Source: Chrysemys picta bellii (lineage: Eukaryota). From it: 64,000 bases of DNA. The notes beneath the pieces are model-generated. The model was given only the letters and a program-made list of their open reading frames with translations, made no database searches and was not told the origin of the DNA. Location: NCBI RefSeq assembly GCF_011386835.1, contig NC_088800.1:57474001-57538000 (forward strand), given 5' to 3'. Positions 11,866 through 22,200 of this stretch are shown here, in pieces. The position numbers and the translations under genes are program-made. The first letter of the stretch is position 1. Every line of letters starts with the position of its first letter.

Positions 11866-12441
11866 ACATCCCAAGCATTCATAGCAACATGGTATTTTGA
11901 GCCTTCAATGCTGGCTCTTCCTAACATTGTGAAGCAGAATTTACCAACTATTGGATTATTCACCCACTAATAGGGAATGCGAGTTGGGTTTAGACTGCCA
12001 TGAGACAGGTTAGTTTTAGTCTACTGATAATGTGTCATTGCAATAGTAATCCTGCTTTGTACAAGAGGAACCGCAGGTTCAGACATTTGGTGTGAGTGCT
12101 TGGCTGAAGAGCTAATGGGGCAAGCTACCATCTGTGAGATTATGACTGAACCCCTCTAAATCAGAATTCCCCCTAAACACAAAGATACAGCGGTAACATG
12201 GAGCCTTGGTAAGCCCTGGATAGCAGACCACCCTTTCTGTGGAAGCAGGGCATAGTGCGGAGAGCCATTAGTGTCAGGACTGGAGTGTGGACAGAAGGGA
12301 ACTGCCCCTCACCCATAGTGCACCACATGGTCATGAGGATCCTTGTGCTAAACCATTCGTAGATGACCTGATTACGGGTCAGGATTTCATGTGCAGCAGA
12401 GCAGCTAACTTACTGCATTCTATTGAATGTCTGAATTTGTC
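11278..12441 (+). pseudogene. 28S rRNA pseudogene, 3'-terminal ~1.16 kb, from the R2 target site to the mature 3' end
   Basis: Starts TAGCCAAATGCCTCATCATCTAATT and includes AGAAAAGTTACCACAGGGATAACTGGCTTG, CACCCACTAATAGGGAA and CTAAACCATTCGTAGATGACCTG. It ends CTATTGAATGTC..TTTGTC. Pervasive CpG>TpG/CpA decay marks it as non-functional. Confidence 0.95.
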
Positions 12442-12568
12442 TCTATTAACTAGAGAAAGATAGATTTTAAGTAATTATAAGTGGCAAGGCCGAATAATCA
12501 GAATTAGTTACAAAAGAAATAAAAAGATAAGCACACAAGCTAATTCTTAAACTTTACCAAGTTAAGGG

Positions 12569-13195
12569 TGTGACGTTGCACTCCATATGCTTTATGGAAA
12601 TATGCTTATGAATATGACATAACTGGAATATGCTTTATGCTAAATAGCCCGTGTAGGGTGTCATTAGAAAGCTTGTAATCTACTAAGTATGTTCATCCTA
12701 TTTGTTTGCATGTATTATTTCTATATCTGGAGTTAGAAGAATAAGCCCTGGTCTACATGGGGGGGGGGGGAAATCGCTCTAAGTTACGCAACTTCAGCTA
12801 TGTGAATAACGTAGCTGAAGTCGACATACTTAGGTCGACTTACTGTGGTATCTGGAGTCAACTGTTGCTGCTCCCCCGTCGCTGGAGTACAGGAGTCGAC
12901 GGGAGAGGGCTTGGGGGTCGATTTATCGCGTCTAGATTAGACACGATAAATTGATCCCCACTGGATTGATCGCTGCCTGCCGATCCAGGGGGTAGTGTAG
13001 ACATACCCTAAGATATAAACTTGTATCACTGATGTAAACAGATTAAGTGGAGGCCTTAAGGGTGCTCCAGAAACAATCAGTTGTAAATGGCCTTAGTTAC
13101 TTGAAAGCCTTCCTGTGTACATGTGGGCCAGCCCATGGGGAATGGAGACTAGGGGTCTTACAGTGACATGTGACCATAACATGTCATAACCATAT
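12569..13195 (+). mobile_element. 5' fragment of an LTR related to the 7939-9126 solo LTR, interrupted by a MITE
   Basis: Begins TGTGACGTTGCACTCCATATG; similar to the reverse complement of ~8700-9126 (AAAGCTT.TAATCTACT.AGT.TG.TCATC, GACATGTGACCAT). Confidence 0.65.
12745..13008. mobile_element. Harbinger MITE
   Basis: GCCCTGGTCTACA...GTGTAGACATACCC with TAA TSD on both sides (12742-12744, 13009-13011); related to 41601-41881 in the opposite orientation. Confidence 0.85.
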
Positions 13196-13228
13196 AAAAG
13201 TAGTGAACATGAGGTATAGGGTGTCACA

Positions 13229-13600
13229 CCCTAACATTAGCAAGGGAAGCCCTATCTTTAGGAAAACTAACTAGGAGACCCCAATGGGCATCAGGCCTAA
13301 GCCTAGCACAGGAATCCCTACCCTTAGTGACCCTAACCCTAGCCCAGGGAGCCTTTAGCCTACCCTAGCCTTAGTAACCCTAGCTGGGGAACCGCAACGG
13401 GCACCAAGTCTAATCCTAGTCCTGAAATCACTACCCATAGTAACCCTGACCCTAGCCTGGGGGCCCTACCTTCTGTAACCCCAGCTGGGGGACCCCAAAG
13501 AGCCCCTGACCTAACCCTAGCCTAGGAATCCCTGTACATAGTACCCCTAAATCTACCCAGGGGAGACCCCCTTAGTATCCCTAACCCCAGCCCCCTTCCC
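13229..13600. repeat. Degenerate telomere-like (CCCTAA/CCCTAG/CCCTGA) repeat array
   Basis: Many variants such as GACCCTAACCCTAGCC, TAACCCTGACCCTAGCC and GACCTAACCCTAGCC. Confidence 0.6.
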
Positions 13601-13639
13601 CCCTCCACCCACTTCACCCTCTGCTGCACCTCCCCTGGC

Positions 13640-13910
13640 GGGCCCCAGCCCTGGCCTCCCTCCCAAGCCGCCAGCCCGCAGCCAATGGCTCCGGCCGGGC
13701 CTGGGGGCGGGGCGCTACCGGCGGCGGAAGGGCGGGCGGGGCGGAGCCAGGCGGCGTTTCCGTGCCGTGGCGGAGGAGCCGGCCGGGCCCAAAGTTGCTC
13801 CGTTTCAAGCGGTAGGTGCCGGGCTCGGCCCCCAGCCCGGGGCCCGCTTCCCCCGTGATTGTTGGGCCTGCTGCCCCTGCCCGAGCCACTCCCGCCCGGC
13901 GGGGGGACCG
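13640..13910 (+). promoter_or_regulatory. WDR24: WDR24 CpG-island promoter and probable non-coding exon 1
   Basis: CpG-rich; CCAAT at ~13682; GC boxes GGGCGGGCGGGGCGG; donor CG|GTAGGT at 13811; candidate acceptor TTTACAG| at 15750 leading to the ATG at 16203. Confidence 0.65.
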
Positions 13911-13914
13911 AGGA

Positions 13915-14430
13915 GAGGGGGCAGGGGTACGAAAGGGGGGGCAGGGGCTGCCGCGGGAGGGCGTGGGGGTAAGGAAGAGAGGTGGGGGGACCGAGGGGTG
14001 GGGGTAAGGAAGGGGCGGGAGTGTGAGGGGCTAAGGAAGGGGCGTGGGGATCGAGAGGAGGGGGGGGTAAGGAAGGGGCAGGACCGAGGAGGGGTGAGGG
14101 GGGTAAGAAAGAGAGATGGGGAAACTGGGAGGGCAGGGGGTAAGAAAGGGTCAAGGAGGGGGGGCAGGGAGACTGAGGGTAGGAGTTTGGGGGGGCAAGA
14201 AAGGGTCAAGGAGGGGGGGCAGGGAGACTGAGGGTAAGAGTTTGGGGGGGTAAGGAAGAGAGGAGGTGGGGACCGAGAGGAGGGGGCGGGGTGTAAGGAG
14301 GGAGCAGGGGGACTGAGGGGAGAGGGCAAGGAAAAGGAGCAGGGGGACTGATGGGAGGGGGCAGGGGTAAGGAAGGGGAGCCATGGGCTGCCAAGGGAGG
14401 AGGTGGAGATTAAGAAAGGGCTTGGGGGGA
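13915..14430 (+). repeat. G-rich purine low-complexity tract with a repeated GGGGTAAGGAAG unit
   Basis: About 8 copies of GGGGTAAG(G/A)AAG; strong G skew downstream of the inferred TSS. Confidence 0.75.
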
Positions 14431-14826
14431 GCTATTCTAAGCAGGGAGACCCAGGCTACTAGCCCTCTTGTAAAGAGCCCCATCACCCCAAACCGTCCAC
14501 CCTTCTGCTAGTCAGCTGCCCTTCTCTGTAGGGAGCACCAGACCCATGGCTGTAAAGGATCGGCAACCGACTGCTTTGTTGTCTTGGCCCCCCTCTCAAC
14601 GTGAGGTTCCAACCTCCAAGGCTGTGGTTGCCTGGAGAGGCAATTTTATCGTTACTTTGCTGTATGCTTTGGGGCACCTTGAGGAACGTTAGGGGGTAGA
14701 GGGTTGTGTGAAACCAGAATGTGTTCCTCACTGAGGTTTAGCAGCATGCCAAGGCTCCTTCCCATCCCTCAGGAAGATCTCAAAATGGATGAGAGGATTT
14801 AAATGCTGGTGAACAGTTATCTATAA

Positions 14827-15267
14827 CACGGTTTCTCAACCCGGGGTGGGGACCCAAAATTGGGTTGCCAGAATGTTTCAGAGGGTCTTGTGGCAGTTCC
14901 CATCCCAAAGGGGTGGCTGGGCTCACCTCCCTGCTCCAGGCACTGCAACCTCTGGAATCCCACTGCCACTTAGATGTGTCCGGGTGGCCAAATTTGAGTG
15001 AGTGGCACTGCAACCCCATGAGTCAGGTCACAACTCCTCTTCTACAATTTGGTCCCAGTGCTGCAACCCCAGAGTTTGCAATGCCTGGAGCGGAGAGCCA
15101 AGCCCAACAGCTCCACAGCACAAGAGCTGCCACTATGGGGTGAGTGCTGGGCAGGACCTGACTGAAACCCCACCCTATGGCCTCCACCCCCAGACTATTT
15201 ACGGGGTCCCGACAGGCCATATACATTTATAAATGGGTTGTGAGTCCAAAAAGGTCGAGAACCACTG
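14827..15267. mobile_element. hAT-Charlie-like non-autonomous element
   Basis: CACGGTTTCTCAACC...GGTCGAGAACCACTG; TSD ATCTATAA / ATCTAAAA. Confidence 0.8.
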
Positions 15268-16202
15268 ATCTAAAACCTCAGCTCGGTGATCCTGCTGCCC
15301 TGACTTCGTATTGGTGCCAGTGAGAAAGCACGAGAACTGTGTGGGAGGATGGCAAACATGGCTCTAAAATGAGGGATGCTTGGCATTTTCTCAGCAGAGA
15401 GGCCTAGGATGGGGGTTTGAACTCTAATTTCACCGCATTAGGTGGACCCTCCATGGTTGAGGTACGCTGTCAGTATGGAGAGCTTGCTCCATTGCTGCCT
15501 GTGCTGTAGTTGTGTGGATAACAAACACTGCCTCCCTCTATTGCAGTCACTCTTCAGCACTAAATTCAGTATTAGAACAAAAATGAAATTCTTTCTCTGG
15601 TGCTTGCACCAATTTGGGCATTATGACCTTATGATGAAGAAGTCTGCAGTCTAATCCTGTTATGTCTTGTATTACTGAACAGCTCATTGGCTCACTTCTG
15701 TCCTTATCCCTGCATTTTGCCTTCTGAGGGATTCTTCTCTTGCTTTACAGGCCCTTACTGACAGCTTCAGCAAGAGTTGTTCCTGCAAGTGGGGTATTTT
15801 CTCAGATATTTGAATTAAGAAGGAAACTGAAATCTCTGAAAGGTTAACATGGACTTACTGGAAAGTACATGCAGGGAGTGACCAAGGAGACACCAGGGCT
15901 GAATCTGAGCTACTCTGTTAAGTAAGTGGCTGTGCAGTAGTTTCTGTAGTTAAAGACTGATTGATTAATGTGATCAGGGAAAGTGATATGCAAGTCTGGT
16001 TGGAACAGTAGAAAGAGAATCCTAGATGCTGCATAAATTAATTCATTTGCTTTCAAGAAGGTTTTAATGAGGTCTGTAAGCAGTTGGTGGAAATGGACTC
16101 ACCTGTGAGAATGCTGCATGTGGAGATATAAGTCTCAAAGCCTTCTCTTTGGGCAGGGCATCCAGTGGTGTCTAAGGAGAGGAAGTCACACAGAGGACAA
16201 CC

Positions 16203-19200
16203 ATGGAGAAAATGGCCAGGGTTACCACTGCCCTTGGTGGCAACACCATCACTGGACGTACCATGTTCTGTCACCTGGATGCCCCTGCTAATGCCATCAG
16301 TGTGTGTCGTGATGCTGCTCAGGTGGTGGTAGCTGGCCGCAACATCTTTAAGATCTATTCAATTGATGAAGATCAGTTTGTGGAGAAGCTAAACTTGCGT
16401 GTTGGCCGTAAGCCATCCCTGAACTTCAGCTGTGCTGATGTGGTGTGGCATCAGATGGACGAGAACCTGTTGGCCACAGCAGCTACCAATGGTGTGGTGG
16501 TGACCTGGAACCTCGGGAAGCCATCCCGTAACAAACAGGACCAGCTGTTCACTGAACACAAGCGGACAGTTAACAAAGTGTGCTTCCATCCCACTGAGGT
16601 GTATATGCTCCTCAGTGGCTCCCAGGACGGCTATATGAAATGCTTTGACCTACGCAAGAAAGACTCTGTCAGCACCTTCTCTGGTAAGGGCTCTGGCCAT
16701 GTCTACAATGCAGAGCCTATGCTGGGATAGGCTGCATAGTGTAGACACAGTGTTAGCCGACAGGAGAGGAGTTCTTCCGGTGTAGTAACGTCATCTTCCC
16801 ATACAGCGTTAGCTAATGTGACAGAAGAGTGCATCTGTTGGCATAGCTATGTCACTAGGGCTGTGGTTTTTTTCACACTCATAACCAACATAGCTATGCC
16901 AGTATAAGTTTTAAGTTTAGACCAAGCCCCAATCTTGGGCCCACTTGGCCAGTGTTCTGTGCATTAGGATGCTTATTGCATATGCTGCAGGCTGGAGTTG
17001 TCAATTATCACCTTAAATAAGGGGAAACTACCAGACAATCCCCATGTTCCAGGCCTTTGTCCCTCTGATCTCTTTGTGCTTCATTGTGGTAAAGATTTAC
17101 CCCTTCTGGGGCTATGATGATACAAGCAAGGGATCGGGGGACAGATTCCCTGCTGGTGGGACTTCTAGTCTGTAGCAGCCAGTGATGTAAGCCTATGTCA
17201 TTATCATCTGGGGTCTCAGGCTCACGACATGCAGCTTTTTGGTCTGATTTGAAAATTGTCTGTAGCCGATGTCTAGAGCTGCATTATCTGTGTCAGTTGT
17301 TAGGGTGGTGTTAGAGCTGTTGGGGGAGGGTGGATCTACTTCCCATTGTCCTTGAATCATACCCTCTTTCCACCCACATCCCAACTCAGTTGCCCATATC
17401 TGGTGCCTTGAAGTCTGGGAGCTTAGGAAAGCAGCGGTTTTGATACCCAGTCAATAACTGTGTCAAGGGAGATAGACTAGGACAAAAAAAGTGTGACGGA
17501 CAGGTGCTGGATTGACAGCACTGAAGTTCTCTATTTATGGACTACGTAGGGCAGAAGCAGTGCCAGCTTTGCAAAGGAAACTGTTCTGAACCAGAGTGGT
17601 CACTGGTTTCCCTTGGAGCATTAGTAGAGGTGATTTCTGCTTTTCCTACACCCAGGGTGCACTGGGCTGAGTCCAGGAGAGAATCAAGCTGGCCTGCCAT
17701 TGGCAGCTTATTGTAAACCCTGTCTAGCAAATATGAGCGTTAACACCACCAGGGGGAATGACTTTGCTGGGGCCCTGTCGGATCTGGTCTACGTTCCTAT
17801 TGTCCCTCAGGCCAGTCGGAAAGCGTGCGTGATGTGCAGTTTAGCATCCGTGATTATTTCACCTTTGCTGCAACCTTTGAGAATGGGAACGTGCAGCTGT
17901 GGGACATCCGCCGGCCAGACCGCTACGAGAGGATGTTCACAGCTCACAATGGGCCTGTTTTCTGCTGTGACTGGCATCTAGAGGACAGGTATGTGCTATA
18001 CCTACCACCCCGGTTGAGCCCCACTCTGCTCATGGCGATCACTCTCTTGTCAAAAAATTCCTGAAGGTGGTGCCTTCACACAGTGGTTCTGTGAAAACTG
18101 TCCAGTGGGATGCTGAGAACTTGATGAGCACATGGCTCTCTCTTGAATATCGGACGGAGCAGCGTGGCTTATAAAACAAGTCACTCTTGCTGTTCTGTGG
18201 GATAGCCAGCAGTAACTAGTAAACCAGAAGTGAGCTGCTGGAACTGGGCAATATCGGGTATGTCCAGCGTGTTTCACCAACTTGATCAGCTCAGGGAGTG
18301 AGAGGGCTGCTTTAAAACACAAGATTGCTTGTGTCTTAGGCATGTTTGCCATGCTGCCATTAGGTATAAACTGAGATTCACCAGGAGGAAAAGTCAGATT
18401 TCCCAGTAAATAATTAATTTATACTAAAAAAAATGTTGCATGCAACTCCTGGACCCTGAACAGCCTCCTGGAACTCCTTGTCCATCTCATGCTGGGGAGC
18501 TATCTTCACAAGCTGAGAGAAGCATAAAGTACCTAAAATTAGCCTTTTTGTCCTCTGCTTTTATTCATGGGGGGGAAGAGGGGAATGGAAGCCCCTCTCA
18601 TTTTCACTGACTGAAATGCAAAGGGCAGTTTGCCTTAAATCGGGGAAACCAAATTTTCTCAACCAGGGGCTGGAGGGCCTCATCTAATCTGAATAAAATG
18701 GAAGATATTGCATCCTCCCTTTAGTTTAATATGCAGGTGTCGTTGTAAGAGCTACAGGTCCCAGCATGCACAGTTCCCTTTTGATATGGTTGGAATCTGC
18801 ACGCTGGGACCTGTAGTTTTGCTGAGCTATGCCTCCATGCTAAAAGAGAGGGTGCCCAAAGCCTGTGCTTGTTTAGTGCCATGTAGCTGGCAGGCAGCAC
18901 TTTGACCACCTGTAGCCTAAAAGGCTTGCATAAAAAGCCAATAATCCAAGATCAACTTCCAGGACATTTCTCCAGTAAACGTTTCTGCTTGTTCCTTTCT
19001 CCCTCCTGCCAGGGGCTGGCTGGCGACAGGAGGCCGAGATAAGATGGTGAAGGTCTGGGACATGAACACCAACAGGGCCAAAGAGATCTACTGCGTGCAA
19101 ACCATAGCCTCTGTGGCGAGGGTCAAGTGGCGGCCTGAGTGCAAGCACCACATCGCCACCTGCTCCATGATGGTGGACCACAACATCTACGTGTGGGATG

Positions 19201-22200
19201 TGCGGCGCCCCTTCATCCCGTCCGCCATGTTTGAAGAGCACAAGGACGTCACCACGGGTATCGTGTGGCGCCACCTGCACGATCCCTACTTCCTCCTCTC
19301 GGGCTCCAAGGACAGCACCCTTTACCAGCACATCTTCAAGGACGCCAGCCAGCCCATTGACAGGGCCAACCCTGAGGGCCTGTGCTACAGCCTCTTTGGG
19401 GACCTGGCCTTCGCAGCCAAAGAAAGCCTGATCTCCTCCGACTCCAACCGCAAGCCCTACATCGGGGACAGGCGGCATCCCATCTTCTTCAAGCGTAAGC
19501 TGGACCCCACGGAGCAGTTCGAGTACATCTCTTCTTCCAGTGCCCTGAGTGTCTTTGAGACAGACCTGGAGAGCGGCAGCATGGATTGGTTTGTGAGAAC
19601 GGCCAAGCAGTATGTGCTGGCGGGGAGACCCCTGGCAGAGCTGTGTGACCACAATGCCAAGGTAGCCAAAGAGCTTGACCGTGACCAGGTACGTGCAACC
19701 CTCTAACAGCCTGTGGGAAGGGAGAGGCAGGCTCTGCTTTTTATTAGCTAAGCCTTCAAGCCAAACTGGATGGCATAGGAAGCCTTGATTGTATGTATAG
19801 ACAGATACCATAGACATAAACTGTGGAGACAGGTCATGCGGGCTGCAGAGAATGTCTGGTTGTCTGCTGCCCTCTAATGGGAACAGCTATGCATAGTGTA
19901 AATTTACATACATTTATTGCATCTCTGTACTCAGCATGAGCTGTTTCTGGCTGCTAATGTTTGTTTTGACAGGGTGTCTCGTGAAATCTCATTGGCCAGA
20001 TTAATGCAGATTGGTTTGGAGGGAGTCCTGTCAGAAGGACTGTCCGTGCTGCCTGATGGGAGCAATGGCAAACTGCAGAGCACTGAGCTGGGGAGAGGAG
20101 AGGTGACTGGTGAGGTACTGCAGGCCTCCGTGTCAGCTCTGTCCTTATTTAACATCTCTGCTCTGGAACAGAGAGTAACCTGCACTTTCATTAAATTTGT
20201 AGGTGATGCTAAATTGGGAAGAGTTGTGAGGACAAGGAAATGATGCTAAACTGGATTTAGATCAGAAATGTAGGGAGAAAACAATACAGTGAGATCCCCC
20301 TTGGGCAAATGGTGGTGGGGACAGAGAGTGAAGAACGATCCTCCCCATACAGATTCAGTGGGGGCGGAGGGTGGAGGGGAACCTAACAGAATGCAGAAAA
20401 TGTGTTAGATGGGCTACAACACCACCAGATCCTAAAGACTGGTCCCTGCTCCAGAGGAAGGGGGAAAGGTCACTTACTGATATGCTAGACCTAGTGATCT
20501 GTTCTGAGTCTAATACGATTCAGTATTTTCATTAATGACTTGGATGATGGAATGGAGAGCATGCGTACAAAATTTACAGATGACACCAGGCTGGGAGGGG
20601 TTGCAAGCACTTTGGAAGACAGGATTAAAATTCAAAATGACCTTGATAAGAGAATTGGTCTGAAATTAACAAGATGAAATTCAATAAAAACGAGTGCAAG
20701 ATAAATCACATTCACAAATACAGAAGGGGAACAACTGGCTAGGCAGCAGTAATGCAGAAAAAGATCTGGGAGTTACAGTGGATCACAAATTGAATATGAG
20801 CCAACAATATTTTGCAAAAAATGCAAATATTATTATGGGGTGTATTAACAGGAGTGTCATATGCAATACATGGGAGGTATTTGTCAAGCTCTGTTCCACA
20901 GTTATGAGGCCTCAGCTGGAGTAGTGTGTCCAGTTTTGAGCACCACACTTTGAGAAAGTTGTGAGCAAATTGAGGAGAGTCCAGTCTGGAGGAAAACAAC
21001 AAAAATGATGAAAGGTTCAGAAAACCTGACCCAGGAGGAAAGGTTAAAAAGCTGGGTGTGTTTAGAGTCTTGAGACAAGACTGAGGCGGGACCTGATAAC
21101 AATCTTCAAATATGTTAAGGGCTGTTACAAAGAGGCCAGTAAACAATTGTTTTCCATGTCCACTGAAGGCAGAACAAGAAATAATGGGCTTAATCTGCAG
21201 TAAGGGAGATTTAGGTTTGATATTAGAAGGTTTTTCCTAAGGATAGCTAAGTACTGGAATAGGTTACCAAGGGAGCTTGTGGAATCCCTGTCATTGGAGG
21301 TTTTTAAGAACAGGTTGGACAGACACACTTGTCAGGGATGATCTAGGGTTAGTTGGTCTGGTCTCTCAGTGCAAGGGGCTGGATTAGATGACCTCTTGAG
21401 CTCTATGTTTCTATGATTCAATGTTGGTAAATCCCTGAGTATGGAAGCAGGGTTAGAGCTGGGAAGTGATTTGGAAATGTAGCTTGCCCAAGGGTTAAGC
21501 TCTTTCTGTTGTTTCTCTTTTCCTTTCTTTCCTCAAGAGTTGTTGCTGTGAGATGAGATGTGCTCCACTCCCTGCTAAGGCCACGGGCAGAAATGCACTG
21601 TCATCAGCATGTACCTAGCCCCTGCTAGTTGGGGGCTGACCTATGTCCTGTAGTCAGAGCTGTTCTGTCTTTTCTCCTCTCCCTTTGTCTCTGTCACATC
21701 TACTCCTCTTTAGATGTTTCTCTCCTGCCGTCCCCTCTACTATAGAGTGCCCCTTGGTGCAGTGGGTCTTACCTTGCTCCTGCACAGGAGGAGCAGAATA
21801 AAATGGATAAGGAGCAGAGGTAGTATTGTCTGGACTGGGCACAAATTCACTCATGTGCAAGGAGAGTTAAAAATAATGTAGAGCCCAACCAAGCACTGTT
21901 TGTGACAAGAAACTAACCCAAAGTAGAGCTCAGATCCCAGCACTCTGAGGGTGTTCTGATCCAGGGCCAGACTTGAGCTTGTCCCTCCTCGCGTAGCTGT
22001 GCTGATGTATCTGCACTGCTGGTGCTATCTTAGGTTGCTGCCAGTTCTGTTACCTGAGAGGGCAGGAAAGATCTAGGCAACATTGCAGGGTGGATAGAAA
22101 CTCTACATTGCAGCAGGTCCCCTCCCCACAGACACCACTGGTGAGTCAGTCAGCTTGGGCTCTGAACTGTGCTCCAGAAACCAACTTTCTGATGATGTTG

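Noticed and set aside
11278-12441. Functional 28S rRNA gene
   Set aside because: Partial, heavily CpG-decayed, and lacking 18S, 5.8S and spacer context.
12564-13232. AGGGTGTGAC...GTCACACCCT inverted pair as DNA-transposon TIRs
   Set aside because: No TSD, and the interior is clearly the 5' part of an LTR family also present at 7939-9126.
13522-14486. Several Pro/Gly-rich ORFs of 110-210 aa
   Set aside because: Products of the stop-poor CpG island and G-rich low-complexity DNA.
18873-19817. 314-aa minus-strand ORF
   Set aside because: Antisense shadow of GC3-rich WDR24 exon 3; no recognisable domain.
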